Positions 13,280-27,940 of a stretch of 64,000 nt of DNA are shown here, piece by piece. Position 1 is the first letter of the stretch, and each line of letters starts with the position of its first letter. The notes beneath the pieces are model-generated. The model worked only from the letters and a program-made list of their open reading frames with translations, was not told the origin of the DNA and made no database searches. The position numbers and the translations under genes are program-made. Source of the DNA: Somniosus microcephalus. Lineage: Eukaryota. Location: assembly GCA_052327205.1 (NCBI GenBank), contig CM126215.1, forward strand, positions 77,438,001 to 77,502,000, written 5' to 3'.

Positions 13280-16200
13280 GTAACAATACCATGGAGGAGG
13301 AATTCCTAGAGTGTATACGGGATGGTTTCCTGGACCAATATGTCGAGGAACCAACTAGAGAACAGGCCATCTTAGACTGGGTATTATATAATGAGAAAGA
13401 ATTAATTAGCAATCTTGTTGTGCGAGGCCCCTTGGGGAAGAGCGATCATAATATGATAGAATTCTTCATTAAGATGGAGAGTGAAATAGTTGACTCAGAG
13501 ACTAGGGTCCTGAATTTAAATAAAAGAAACTACGATGGTATGAGGCGTGAGTTGGCTAGGATGAATTGGGGAACATTACTTAAAGGGTTGACGGTGGATA
13601 GGCAATGGCAAACATTTAAAGATCACATGGATGAACTATAGAATTTGTTCATTCCTGTTTGGTATAAAAATAAAACAAAAAAGGTGACTCAACTGTGGCT
13701 AACAAGGGAAATTAGAGATAGCATAAGATCCAAGGAGAGGACATATAAATTGGCCAGAAAAAGCAGCAAACCTGAGGATTGGGAGCAGTTTAGGATTCAG
13801 CAAAGGAGGACAACGGGATTAATTAAGAGGGGGAAAATAGAATATGAGAGTAAGCTTTCAGGGAACATAAAAACTGACTATAAAAGCTTCTATAGATATG
13901 TGAAGAGAAAAAGATTGGTGAAGTCAAGCGTAGGTCCCTTGCAGTCAGAATCAGGGGAATTTATAATGGGGAACAAAGAAATGGTTTGGTTCCGTCTTCA
14001 CAAAGGAGGACACAAATAACCTCCCAGAGATGTCGGGGAACATAGGGTCTAATGAGAGGGAGGAACTGAATGAAATCAGTATTTGTAGAGAAATGGTGTT
14101 AGGGAAATTGACGGGAATGAAGGCCGATAAGTCCCCAGGGCCTGATAATCTACATCCTAGGGTACTTAAGAAAGTGGCCCTAGAAATAGTAGATGCATTG
14201 CTGGTCATCTTCCAAAATTCTATAGACTCTGGCACAGTTCCCATGGATTGGCGGGTAGCTAATGTAACCCCACTATTTAAAAAAGGTGGTAGAGAGAAAA
14301 CGGGAATTATAGACCGGTAAGCCTGACATCGGTAGTGGAGAAAATGCTAGAGTCCATTATAAAAGATGTAATAGCAGAGCACTTGGAAAACAGTGATAGG
14401 ATCAGACAAATTCAACATGAATTTACAAAAGATAAATCATGCTTGACTAATCTACTGGAATTTTTTGAGATTGTGACTAGTAGAATAGATAAGGGAGAAC
14501 CAGTGGATGTGGTGTATTTGGACTTTCAGAAGGCTTTCGATGAGGTCCCACATAAGAGATTAGCGTGCAAAGTTAAAGCACATGGGATTGGGGGTAAGGT
14601 ACTGACTTGGATAGAGAACTGGTTGGCAGACAGGAAGCAAAGAGTTGGAATAAACGGGTCTTTTTCCGAGTGGCAGGCAGTGACTAGTGGGGTACTGCAG
14701 GGATCGGTGCTAGGACCCCAGCTATTCACAATATATATTAATGATCTAGATGAGGGAACTAGATGTAATATCTCCAAGTTTGCAGATGACACAAAGCTGG
14801 GTGGGCGTGTGTGCTGTGAGGAGGATGCAAAGAAACTCCAGTATGATTTGGACAGGTTGGGTGATTGGGCAGATGCATGGCAGATGCAGTATAATGTTGA
14901 TTAAAGCGAGGTTATCCACTTTGGTGGCAAAAACAGGAAGGCAGATTATTATCTGAATGGCAATAGATTGGGAAAAGGGGAAGTGCAACGAGACCTGGGT
15001 GTCCTTGTGCACCAGTCGCTGAAGGTAAGCATGCAGGTGCAGCAGGCGGTTAAGAAGGCAAATGGTATGTTGGCCTTCATAGCAAGAGGATTCAAGTATA
15101 GGAGCAAGGATGTCTTGCTGCAGTTGTACAGGGCCTTGGTGAGACCACACCTTGAGTATTGTGTGCAGTTTTGGTCGCCTTATCTGAGGAAAGATGTTCT
15201 TGCCATGGAGGGAGTGCAGCGAAGATTCACCAGACTGATACCTGGGATGGCAGGAATGACGTATGAAGAGAGATTGGGTCGGTTAGGCTTATATTCGCTG
15301 GAGTTTAGAAGAATGAGAGGGGATCTCATTGAAACTTATAAAATTCTAACAGGACTAGACAGACTAGATGCAGGAAGGATGTTCCTGATGGCGGGGGAGT
15401 CCAGAACCAGGGGTCACAGGCTAATGATAAGGGGTAAGCCATTTAGGACTGAGATGAGGAGGAATTTCTTCACCCAGAAAGTGGTGAACCTGTGGAATTC
15501 TCTACCACAGAAGGCAGTTGAGGCCAATTCATTAAATATATTCAAGAAGGAGTTAGATATATTTCTTAAGGCTAAAGGGATCAAGAGATATGGGGAGGAA
15601 GCAGGGACAGGGTACTGAATTTGGATGATAAGCCATGATCTCATTAAATGGCGGAGCAGGCTCAAGGGGCTGAATGGCCTACTCCTGCTCCTATCTTTTA
15701 TGTTTCTATGGGTCTGCAGGGGCGAGAGGGGTCGAAATGTCAGCTGTAGAGGTGAGTGATGGGTGCAAGTGTGGACAGGTAAATATGAGAGGTGAGTGTA
15801 AATTGTTGGAAAAAGTTTCCTTACATTTGCTTCTTTCTGCAGGCTTCAACCGTTAAGGATCCGAAGGTGTCTCATCTCAACGGCAGAGATGACAGAATGG
15901 CTGCTGCATTTTCAGATGCAGCAGCCATCTGCTTTCTGCTGAGGAGAGAGGTCTTGGTGAGCCTTAGAACAGTGATTGTCAGTGTTTGACAGTTTCTCAA
16001 AATTTTCGACAGATAAAGCGTCATACACTGACATCATCTGTCACCGGCTTTCCCTTCATTGGCCGGTAAGCCCGCAGGGTGGGCTTAACAAGGTCAATCA
16101 ATGGAAAATAGTGTGGGTTCGTCAGATGTTGCTGGGGGTGGGACTAGAACCCGAAAGGCAGCAGTCCCGCCCCCAACTCATCTCGCCTGGCAAAATGCTT

Positions 16201-18499
16201 TGAGTGGAAAGAAGTCAGTTGGCAGCAGACTTTGGGTCTGTAACATTGAGCGAGGCAAAGAAGCCTCTCTTTTTCTAAAGTTAGCTGAATCAGTTCAGTA
16301 ATATTTGCTTGTAAAGTGAAAGTAAGTCCATAACAAGGGCAAAACTTACATAATTTAGTTTTTTGCTGTTACAGGGAGCAATACAAAATAGATTGACTTG
16401 CACTGAAAATTATATTTTGTTCAGTCATGTATTCTATGTAAAATAAACCAGTTTGTTGGTTTATAATTGGTATCTTCTCACGACAATGCTTATCAATCTG
16501 CCTTCCTGGAAAATAGGAGAAACGCAGATGGAGGCATCTGTGAAATCACAATATCTAGTACACATAGCGAGGGATCTTATTGTTACAGCCCCTGAGTCAC
16601 ATTATTGTATAACTAGATAATGGGTAGTAAAAGTATACTCTTGATCATAGATTACATGAGGTCCACTTATGAGTGACTGGTAACGCTGAACTGAATAAGA
16701 TATTTAATCAGACATAAAATTTGTAACATTTATATATCTAAGATTTGGTGTCTACCATAATTAGGTTGCAGTGAGGCAAGAAGTTGCTGCTGAAGCTCTA
16801 CGCCTCCAACTGGTGGAACCACTGTTTAATGGGGTTTTTTGTGTCAATGTTTTGCTCAGGAGGATGCTGACAATACACTTTCACATTTTATGGTAAATTG
16901 TGTTGTTCACCACACTACCCATAAAGAGTGCCTTATGTTTGCTAATGAGGGCTCAAACCTGCACTTGCCGGTTGTCTAATTATCAACCAATTATTATCTT
17001 TCTTGGGGGAAGGAATAAGCAAGGCCTCTTTGAAGTCAAGTTGGCTCCAAGATGACAAGAAGATTGGAATCCAGTCACCCCTCTATTGGACACTCGGTAA
17101 GCCAATACCTGAGTAAGGTAGGTGTGTAATACACCAGGGCACTGTCGATGATTAACCAGCCAGACTGGCTCATTAATGGGACCTAAAGGGCAACATGTTG
17201 CTGAGGGCTGGGATTCTTCCCATTCAGCTCTAGAATCCAGCAAGCCAATACCATATTGGATAGGATGGTCCTAACTAGTGAAACAATGGAATGTTTACCA
17301 GTGCTCTGTGTTGATAGCCTATGCAGTTTTAACTATTTAAACAACAATAATACACCTTACACACTTTGGGGGGTGGGGTTTTCTAAGCCTTGGCTATTGT
17401 CAACTTGCACCTCCGCTCTCTGGACTTTGGTGAGTGTAGCGAGTCCCTACTGAGAGAGAATACGCACTCCATGGTAGGCAAACAGAAACTGTACCTGTAT
17501 GGATTTCTCAGCAGTTTGGTTTGGAAATTTAACTTGGTTTGGTTTCCATGTCTGCCAGACAGACACCTAACTTAATAATAAAAAATATTGATATAGATTC
17601 AGTAGTGATATATAATTGTTTTTGCTAATTGAGATGCAGTACCACTTCATATACTTATATATGCCCAATACTTTGCACAAGTAATGTTTGTACTAATACA
17701 TTAGGTATGCATAGCACCTGAATGGTACAAATCATATTTACACTAATAAAGGTCCAGAACTAAAGCGAGGACATGCAATACCTGAATTGATACATTGATA
17801 GTATTAGTATCTACAATAGTTGCACTGAAAACGATCACTTTTTTTTACCATTTTCTTTTACATGACTCAGCCAACATTACATTACCCGATGCCCATTTAG
17901 TGCATTGTGGGAACCAGCTTTCAGCTTTAATAGGCTAGTCTCTGAAAATAATTGCAGATGATAGAAAACTTTAGAAGATAGTAGATTGCAAGAATGAGTC
18001 ATACAGTCACTCTTTACACCACAGGATTTGAGAACTATTAACACTTTTCATATTATGGTTTGAATTATTTAAGCTATAAAATACACCCATCACAAATGAT
18101 TTCCCCAGAATTGCTTTTGTTCTTATTCATGTTTCAAACTAAAAGCTGTTAATTCCCCTTCATTCACAAAGTACCAAAAATCATGCGCTAAACAGCAAAT
18201 GTTTTGTTAGCAATCCATTACTATTAATGAACAAGCTAAAAGACTTATTAGAAAAAGGCATCTATGGTTACCAATTAAAATGGTAATTTTAATCACGTGT
18301 AAGGCAATAACTGCATAATAAGGATGATGTAATCACATACTATCCAAATGATTATTTCTGATACATCCCAATAACATCACATATTTTTTGATATCACAAT
18401 CCCGTCACCTGCAGCTAGTTTTATTGTAATTTTTTTAAATCATTTTATCCAGATTTTCCCTTCACACCCACAATGATAACAGAAAACACATCTAAGATC

Positions 18500-18905
18500 C
18501 TTTGGATATGATACTTATCCCAGATGAGTGGTAAATTCCTCCAGCTTAATGTTGGTAAAACCAAAACCATCCACTTCGGCTCCTGCTAGCACCTCTGAGC
18601 TTCAGACCTGGATTCCATCAACCACCCTGGCCACCGCCTCAGGTTTATCCCGGAGCTGCAAAACTTGGGCATTTGGCCCTTTCTCAGGTTGAGCTGCTTT
18701 CCACAGATCTGATTCATTACAAAGACTGCTTTCTTTCACCACTGAAACATCACCTGCTTCTACTCATATCTCTCACTCTGCCCCATCTGCGTGACCCGGT
18801 CCAAGCCTTTATCACCTTGAAGCTTGATTTCTCTGATGTTCCTCTTGCTGGCCCCCACATCTCCCCTCCACAAACTATAACTGCTTCAGAGCACTTGTCA
18901 CACAT
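18500..18905 (+). mobile_element. degraded L2-like LINE RT C-terminal fragment
   Basis: FLQLNVGKTKTIHFG and VQAFITLKLDFS..LAG motifs. Confidence 0.6.
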
Positions 18906-18939
18906 CCTCCCCCACACTCCAGGAAGGGTAGGGGGTGCA

Positions 18940-19165
18940 GGTAGCTTACCTTGGGTGCTCTAGTGAAATTATTAAACTTCTTCCTGCACTGCAAAGGAGT
19001 TGTGGGGTTCAAGGAGGTGACACCCACTGCCACAGCCTCTTCCCTCCACAACGTGCGTATCACATTCTTGGCAGGCCTTCGGTTGCCGACCTCAAAAAGA
19101 CCGTTCTTCTTGCTCCATATCTCTGTTAACACACCATGCAGGTCCAGCTCCATAAGGTTTGCCAC
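18940..19165 (-). pseudogene. Harbinger Myb/SANT-like exon remnant
   Basis: W.EEAVAV....TPLQCRKKFNNF followed by a GTAAG donor. Confidence 0.75.
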
Positions 19166-21539
19166 TCATTTCTTCGATCTGGCATTGTCAACCAGATTGC
19201 CTGCATCACCCGTTTAAGCAGGTTTTATATCCTGCTGCTACACAAGGCCTTTGCTTCTCCTCCAGGTGTTTTCTGGCCTCCACCATCACTCCCCTTCCCA
19301 TTAGCCCTCCAAGGTATTTTCCAGCCCTCCTATTTTGTCTCCATTCATGGCCCAGTTTGGGTCGAATTCCGGTCTCGTCACTATTTTTCATCCTCCCCTT
19401 CAGCGTATCTGAGGCATTGTAAGGCGTATTTACATAGCTTGCAATGTCTCTGCCTTTGTAAATTGTCCGACTCCACAATTTACGACAGGATTAGCCTGTT
19501 ACTTCAAGGTGGGTGGAAGTTCCACTCTGGTGCTGTTCCAATTACATTGTTACTCTGTTGGAAATTCAGGCCCTTCATGTTTCTAATGCCAACCTGTTTT
19601 TACTGTGCTGGACTTTCATGTAAATGTCCCATACTGATGTATCCATTACAGGATTATACTCCACATGGACAATGTGGGGTGAACATTTGACTCCAACATT
19701 TGTAGGATGTGTAAACACTTTACTGTCTTGCTATTGCCATTTTAGTGGGCACACTTTAATTATTTTGAGTTCCTGTTTTGTTATCTAATGTCAAATACTA
19801 AAGTATGCTTTATTCTCTGATTTGACAACTTGTTTTTGTGGAGTTCTTATTTTTAAATAGGACACAATTTGTTTCTGTATAGCTTTTGCCCACTGCCTAC
19901 ACTTTCCTGCTCTCTGATCCATTCCTCTCTGCTTTTTTCTCTCTTTAGTTCTGCCTCTTATTCTAAGCAGACTGTACAGATGGCCGCATGTTTATGCATT
20001 CATTGTCTAACCCAGACTAAATGAAAAGTGTTCTGGATATTAATTTGTACTTTTAAAAACTGCTGTGGTTTGATCTGCATACCATCTGTATGTTTAAAGA
20101 CAAGATAAGAGACAGAAATGTTATTGTCCATATTTCTGTGCCTGTGTACATTGACTCTCTACTGCCTGAAATTATGTAAGAGTGTGTAAATTAATCTCTC
20201 TCCCCTCCTCGTCCCTTGCTCCTATCTCTGCTATCAGTGGCCTTCTTTGCCTGTTTCTTTTTTTATCTGTACATCTTTGAAAATATCTCTTGGTTTCTGC
20301 CTCTTCCTCTCTATTTCTCTTCCATCTCGTTCATTCTCTCCTTGCCTTATGCTTTTTCTTGCTCTCTCTTTGTATGTCTGTTGATCTGTCTGTCTGTCTC
20401 TCTTACTCTCTGTAGACTGGGTACAGATGGCCACATATTCCTGTATTCACTGTCTGATAGAGAGCGCATGAGAAGAGACTGACTCTTTTTTTCTCCATTA
20501 ATCGGCAACATCTGTGCAAACAAAGGGCTGAGAGTGACAGAGGGCTGGGTCCCTGCTGCTCAAGAGGCGCTTCCTAATGAACTCCATCCTGGACCAGCAT
20601 TTCACCACACCCCACTAACAGAGAACAGAAAGTGGAAAGCCAATAGACTCCATACACATCAATACACAGCTATAGACATCAATGCCCATTAATATACAGC
20701 CTTACAGAGTGATATTCAGCCACACACAGTCACTGACTGGGATTAGAGGGCACTTAATGGACTTTCAGTCTCAGTGCCGAAGATGGACCCTGGAGATTGT
20801 ATAAAACAAAATCTGACAGTGGGTAAGAGAAAAACAAAGAGAGGTGCAGCACAAGGAACTAGATCGAGAGAGAGATATACCCAGCAATTAGTGAAAAAGG
20901 GATAAAAAATATATGTGGATAAAGGGCCACATATAAATGATTGAGACAAAATGAAGTGGAGCAACAGGCAGAGACCAACTACATAAATTAACTGACAGAG
21001 ATAAATAATAATATTAGCTCTTTCAGAGTGATATCCCTGTGTGTGGTACCATTATTATTAAACCTGTTCAAATGACACAATTCAAAAGTTGAAAGTGAGT
21101 TACTGTTTCACCAGTCTGTACCAGTTCATTGTACTTGTCATCATATGCTACTTTTCTCATTTAAAAAAATGACACATATTTGTAATATTTTTGCAGCATT
21201 CACTTATATTCAGCATTTCCCATGATCACTGCGGTGATGAACGGTCATGGTTGAAAGTGTCATTAGCACAGTGCTCATTTCAAACTGCACATGGTTCTGA
21301 AAGGATTAGAATCTCTTCCAGGTTTGTGAATAAAAGTAAAGACTGAGTTGAATAAAATTAGATTAAATATTATGATGATTGGTGGAAGAACCCTTTCAAA
21401 GTTATTCAACAACTGCTCAAGAAGACTTATTTATTGCATAAGACTGTTTTTTTAATTCCCTTCTGGCTGAAGAATCCTTTCACTGACCAAAAACTGTGAG
21501 GAACTTAAATTGGCAGAAACAAACCCTTAAAAGGAATAA

Positions 21540-21720
21540 AATAAAGACTTGCATTTATACAGTCTCAAAACACCTCATATAGAATGAATTACTTTGAAGT
21601 GCAGTGATTGTTGCTGCGTAAGCAAATGTGTAACAGAATCCCACAGACAGCAATGAAATGAATGATTTGATTTTTTGGTGGTGTTGGTTGAGGGAGAAAT
21701 GTTGGCCTCCAGGAGAATAG
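21540..21720 (-). mobile_element. SacSINE1/DeuSINE-like SINE 3' part
   Basis: ACTTGCATTTATA...TGAAGTGCAGT...CCCACAGACAGCAATGA...GTTGGTTGAGGGA resembles the recalled consensus. Confidence 0.65.
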
Positions 21721-22495
21721 ATGAGTTAACATTAGGGTGAACCTGCTATAAAGTGAAACAAGGGCACATCGCTTATGAACTTTACTGTGCTGTTTGCTGG
21801 AAGCACAAAATTGCTTGGAGAAATTATGCAGGGGAAGGTGGAGCAAACCAATGTGTTTTCCAATGTGTGCTTATTTCAGCAAGTAGTGTGGTCAGTTCTG
21901 CATTTAAATTTCTGCGTACCATGGCCAAGTTTCCAAGCAATGACACTGTCAGGGAAGGAATTTCTCAGGCCTGGAAAAGCATAATGTAAAACTTTCTGTC
22001 CTGGCTTTATTGTATTTCACTGTTTTCCATTAAATATTAGCCTGGATTTTCCAATCAGGTCACTCCAATTTAAGGGAGTAAATGAGGCAGACCCAATCAG
22101 AGAATTGGACTGAATGCCGTGCTGCCAGATCTTTGCCCACTTTGGTGCCCATTTCATTTTCCCACCGCTATGTCTGGTGGTTGCAGGAAGTGCCCACCCA
22201 TTTTAGGGCAGAGTCATGCAAGAAAATCACAGCATGACATTTTCTGTCATTTCCACCTCATTTGTGACATTTTCTTTTGTCACCAATTAAAACAGTGTGC
22301 AAGATTGCTAGGCACTCAGTAGAAGACAACAACTGTAACATCAGTTTAAAGCTTATTTCTGACTTGTTTTTGGACGTTTTTCTGTTGCTGTTGCCAACTG
22401 TATTGGCAACTGTCTCTGTGCTATTTTCTGTGGGGCTAACAGCACTATTTCACACAGGGCACAATAGGTTTCTCATTAGGAATTCACTGTATCTT

Positions 22496-24267
22496 TGGCC
22501 GGAATTTTGCATAGGGTCAATGGACGTGATTGGTGGAGGGAAGGGTGGGAAAGTGTTTTTTTTTCATGGAGAGTCGGGATACTGCTGTGAACCCACCGCC
22601 ACGCGCCTTTCCCAATGTTGGGACTGGCAGCGCTGAGCAGACCCAACACGCAGTGGCGGGGGACCCAATTCAGGTAATTAGTGGCTTGTTTAGAGCCACT
22701 TAAGAATGATTTTCAGCTTACCTTTTGGATTTGACAGCTCGCCCACGGGATCCACTCTGGTCGTGCACCATGTTTGTCAAGCTGAGGCGGGAGTTCAGTG
22801 GCCATTGAATCAGCTGTTGAGTTGACAGCTTCAAATGTACAGTAAAAGCTCCCACCTTACAGGGATATCTTCCCTCAGCCACAAGCTCTTCCTCACTGCA
22901 TTTCAACAACAGATTCACCATACTGCAAGTCTTTACACAAGTCTCCATCCAGCCTGACCTCATTGCCTCTCTCACCATTGACAGATTGCTTCTGTCATCT
23001 CTACTTCACCTACCATCTATTCCATCAGCATGGGTGCCCTTTATATCCTCTCACCTTGGTCCTCAGAATCCCACCATGATCAGCCCCAACACCAGCAGCA
23101 CCAGGCAAACCAGCAGCACCAACAACAACACCAACCTTCTCCACAATCAACTGATGCTGCACAGGATACAGGGCATCATCACCTGACCACATTGCTGCCC
23201 GGGAGGCCAGGGATGTCCTCACCATGGCCAGATTTACTTTACTTGACACTGTACATCCTGGCTGCCACGTGATGCACCAGGTTGGCACCACCCCACACCA
23301 ACACCATAAAGCATCCCTACAATGCCCAAGCCATTCCTTTCACACTCATCACCATTGCGGGGGGGTACCGTTATGTCTCACCATTCACTGCAGCTCACTA
23401 AGCCACTTCCAAAGATGCACACAAATCTGTCCAAGAACGCAAAGTGTTAAAAATAAAAGTTTCAATGTTTGACAGCACATTAACAGAAACTTTACATGAA
23501 CATTGGATAAAACACCCAAGTGGCTACCCTTGTGTGTTGTTTGTTGGTATGTTTGCACTAGGATGAGGATGAGTGTGAGGGATGGCTAGTGAGATGGAGA
23601 TGTGATAATGTAGATAGAGAGGGATGGGTGAAGGTCCAAGGTAAGTTGATGTGAGTAAGGATGTGCAGGAGTAGGGTAGGGAAGCAGAGTGATGGGGATG
23701 TGATGAGAGGCACAGCAGGATGAGGTTGAGTGTGGCTTTGTACTAACATTTTGTGATCTACTGAGGTCATTGAAACATTTGCGGCACTGCACCCAGGTCC
23801 TCCTGACGACATCCCTGCTTGTGCCCTCCTCTGCAATGTGTAACTAGGCTGTGTTGATCTCCTGAGGCGGTCTCTTCTGCCCATGGGAAGGGAAGAGGGC
23901 CTCCCTGTGTGCTGTGACTCCCTCCATAAGCATATGGAGGGAGTCATGGGAGAGCCTGGGTGCAGCCTTGCACCTCTGTGTAGTGCTTGTCTGTGTTTGC
24001 AGCATCTCAATGCTGTAGAAGACTGACAGCATAAATGTCAAAATAAAGTTGGCCACGGTCCCTTTAAGGAAACTGGCTGATGACGTGTCATCAAATGACG
24101 TCACCAGACCCGCTTCCTCTAATTGGCCGGGAAACGCGCTGGGCGGGCTTAACAAGCCCTATCAAGGGAAATTCATTTCACAGACCGGGATGGAGCCAGC
24201 AGCGGGGTCGGGACCCACCACCGACGTCGCCTGCCACGGACCTGCCGAGGTTAGTAAAATCCCGGCT
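22496..24267. mobile_element. internally deleted Harbinger element with transposase remnant (+) and Myb/SANT exon (-)
   Basis: TIR-like ends GGCCGGAATTTT / AAAATCCCGGC; Q-rich transposase start joined to its C-terminus; AAPRLSHDSL..LMEGV and WVQCRKCFNDL on minus. Confidence 0.8.
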
Positions 24268-24739
24268 TTTGGAAGAAGAGGAGGTGCAGGATAGGGATGC
24301 TAGACTGATCAAATGTCACTGGAGACTCATTGGCACCCACACATTAGAACATAAAGGGAGAGGTGCACATACCATATTTCTCAGAGAAGCAGTGCTTACA
24401 GAGGCTTCACTTTACAAAGGAAGCCATTACAAAGTTGTGCCACATAGTGCAACCCAACCCACCTCCACTACAGAACAGTGGGTATTAAGGTCACACTGCC
24501 CTTAGCTTTATGCTATATGGTCATTCCAGGCTGCCACTGGGAATATCACTAACATTAAGCTAAATAACTGTACACAAATGCACAAAATAAGTTACAAATA
24601 CAGTGTGCTAGAGCCAGCCTGTTCATCCACATCTCCATGGACAACCGGCACAGCAAGATACGGCACTGCAACTATACAGAGTAGTAGGATTACCAAAAGT
24701 TCAAGGAGTCATAGATTGCATCCACATGGCTGTACATAC

Positions 24740-25250
24740 CCCTTGCTCAATGTTATGACCTACATCAACTGGAATGAATTCCACTCTCTCCATGTGCACC
24801 TCGTTGGTAATCAGTAGCACTGCATAATGGAAGTGAGTGTTTGCTTCCCTGGGAACTGCCATGATTCCTTCACTATAAGGCAGTCCACTGTGTCAGCAGC
24901 CTTTGACCCAGAAATGTAAGTCTTTGGGTGGCTTCTGTGATATCAAGGCCATGGCTGATGACACTGTGCGGTTTCCCAGGATGTACGCTGAGCACTGGCA
25001 TAATGAGGTCCATTCATGTATCCACGTAATAAGTGTGGAGACCATAGTCATGTTGAAAGCATTAAGATCCCTGAATTGATCTGGGAGTGTCCTGCAATAT
25101 TATCCGGCGACAGTCTCAAGCATCCTGCTGGTGTGTCGCATGCTGCACAACTTTGTCTTACTAAAAAGCCTTCTCGTGGAAGCCCCAGAGGATGAAGGTC
25201 CAGTAGGATCAGGAAGAAGAGCAGCAGCCTGAAGAGGATGTGGTTGCTTG
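24740..25250 (+). pseudogene. degraded Harbinger transposase fragment
   Basis: YINWNEFHSLHVHLV, FPGNCHDS and ..MLHNF remnants. Confidence 0.65.
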
Positions 25251-25635
25251 TTGCCACTCTCATACACAAGGTTTACTTTTGGCTGCCATATCTAGTCTAT
25301 GCAATAACAGTCCTGTCTATGTCTTCCCCCTTCCCTCCAAAATATGCCATTATCCACAGACCTTTCTCTTTGCACAACAACTCACCAAGTTACCATTTCT
25401 GCACATTTCAAGAACAATGCCTGCACGCACAACAACTTTAATCCAACTATAAATTTAATGTAAAACTATACTGTTTGTGTGCCCAGAGTTTCTTTCCATG
25501 CTGTTCTACCTTGGTGCCAGTGTATGAAGAATATGCTCTTCAGAATAACCCTAACCTTTTGCTTCTCCAAGGTGCTACCTGAGTGGCAGGAATGCATGAG
25601 GTGATTGGCTGCTGAGCTGCAATAGGAGCCTCCTT

Positions 25636-27940
25636 AGAATCATAGAATGGTTACAGCACAGATGGAGGCCATTCAACCCATCGAGCCCATGCTGGCTCTC
25701 TGCAAGAGCATTTCAGCTAGTCCCACTCCCCCACCCTTTCTCCGTAGCCCTGCAAAAAAAAATTCCTTCAGGTACATGTCCAATTCCCTTTTGAAAGCCA
25801 TGATTGAGTCTGCCTCCACTACCCATTTAGGCAGTGCATTCCAGATCATAACCACTCGCTACATAAAAAAGGTTTTCCTCATGTCGCCTTTGGTTCTTTT
25901 GCCAATCACCTTAAATCTGTGTCCTCTGGTTCTCAACCCTCTGCCAATGGGAACGGTTTCTCTCTATCTACTCTGTCCAGACCCCTCATGATTTTGAACA
26001 CTTCTATCAAATCTCCTCTCAACCTTCTCTGCTGTAAGGAGAACAACCCAGCTTCTCTAGTCTATCCACATAACTGAAGTCCCTCATTCCTGGAACCATT
26101 CTCGTAAATCTTTTCTGCACCCTCGCTAAGGCTTTCACATCCTTCATAAAGTGCGGTGCCCAGAATTGGACACAATACTCCAGTTGAGGCCGAACCAGTG
26201 TTTTATAAAGGTTCATCATAACTTCCTTGCTGTTGTACTCTATTGTCTCTATTTATGAAGCCCAGGATCCCGCTTTCTCAACCTGTCCTGCCACCTTCAA
26301 CTATTTGTGCACATATACCCCCAGGTCTCTCTGTTCATGCACCACCTTTAGGAATATACTCTTTAGCTTATATTGCCTCTTCTCATTCTTCCTACCAAAA
26401 TGTATCACTTTGCACTTTTCTGCATTAAATTTCATCTGCCACGTGTCCGCCCATTTCACCAGCCTGTATATGTCCTTTTGAAGTTTATCACTATCCTCCT
26501 CACTGTTCACTATACTTCCAAGTTTTGTGTCATCTGCAAATTTTGAAATTGTGCCCTGTACACCCAAGTCTAAGTCATTAATATATATCAAGAAAAGCAG
26601 TGGTCCTAGTTCTGAGCCCTGGGGAACACCGCCATTCACCATTACTCTCTGTTTCCTGTCACTTAACCAATTTCGTATCCATGCTGCCACTGTTCATTTT
26701 ATTCCATGGGCTTCAACTTTGCTGGTAAGCCTATTGTGTGGCACTTTATCAAACGTCTTTTGGGAGTCCATGTACACCACGTCAACCACATTGCCCTCAT
26801 CAACCCTCTCTGTTACCTCATCAAAAAAACTCAATCAAGTTAGTTAAATATGATTTGCCTTTAACAAATCCGTGCTGGCTTTCCTTAATTATTCCACACT
26901 TGTCCCAGTAATTGTTACTTTTGTCCCTGATTATCGTTTCTAAAAGCTTCCCCACTACCGAGGTTAAACTGACTAGCCTGTAGTTGCTGAGTTTATCCTT
27001 ACACCCTTTTTTGAACAAGGGTGTAACATTTGCAATTCTCCAGTCTTCTGGCACCACTCCTGTATCTAAGGAAGATTGGAAGATTATGGCCAGTACCTCC
27101 GCAATTTCCACCTTAGCTTCCCCCAGCATCCTAGGATGCATCCCATCTGGTCCTGTTGACTTATCTACTTTAAGTACAGCCAGCCTTTCTAGTACCTCCT
27201 CTTTATCAATTTTTATCTCATCCAGTATTTCCACTACCTCCTCTTTCACTATGACTTTGGCAGCATCTTCTTCCTTAGTGAGGACAGATGCAAAGTACTC
27301 ATTTAGTACCTCAGCCATGCCCTCTGCCTTCATGCATAAGTCTCCTTTTTGGTCCCTAATCGGCCCCCACCCTACTATTACTACCCGTTTACTATTTATA
27401 TGCCTATAGAAGACTTTTGAATTCTCTTTTCTGTTAGCTGCCAGTCTACACCCATACTCTCTCTTTGCTCCTCTTATTTTCTTTTTCATTTCCCCTCTGA
27501 ACTTTCTATATTCAGCCTGATTCTCACTTGTATTCTCAACCTGACATCTGCCATACGTGTTCTTTTTCTGCTTCATCTTACTCAATATCTCTTTCATCAT
27601 CCAGGGAGCTCTGACTTTGATTGCCCTACCTTTCCCCCTCGTGGGAATGTACCTCGACTGTACCCAAACCAACTCTTCTTTAAAGGCAGCCCATTGTTCT
27701 ATTACAGTTTTGCCTGCCAATCTTTGATTCCAATTTACCCGGGTCAGATCCGTTCTCAACCCATTGAAATTGGCCTTCCTCCAATTAAGCATTTTTACTC
27801 TAGATTGCTCCCTGTCCTTTTCCATAGCTAATCTAAACCTTATGATACTATGATCACTGTTCCCTAAATGTTCTCCTACTGACACTTGCTCCATTTGCCC
27901 CACCTCATTCCTCAGAACCAGATCCAGCAATGCCTCCTTG
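25636..27940 (-). mobile_element. 5'-truncated CR1 LINE (second subfamily)
   Basis: ORF2 pieces 26821-27930, 26301-26690 (FADD), 26019-26219 plus 3' UTR. Confidence 0.92.

Larger units (their letters stand above)
7975..15618 (+). pseudogene. CR1 ORF2 (APE endonuclease + RT), split at 8430-13284 and disrupted by stops/frameshifts
   Basis: LNVRSI, ITETWL, GGGVA, SDHN, YLDFQKAFD, QGSVLGP, FADD motifs. Confidence 0.92.
6915..15710 (+). mobile_element. near full-length CR1 LINE (ORF1 + ORF2 + 3' UTR), interrupted by a Gypsy element
   Basis: ORF1 and ORF2 motifs are collinear across the insertion; 3' UTR GAATGGCCTACTCCTGCTCCTAT with a TTTCTATG tail. Confidence 0.93.

Noticed and set aside
20190-20480. 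ORFs with hydrophobic or charged low-complexity translations (also 32220-32530)
   Set aside because: CT-rich and TCTA-type simple-repeat sequence; no coding signal
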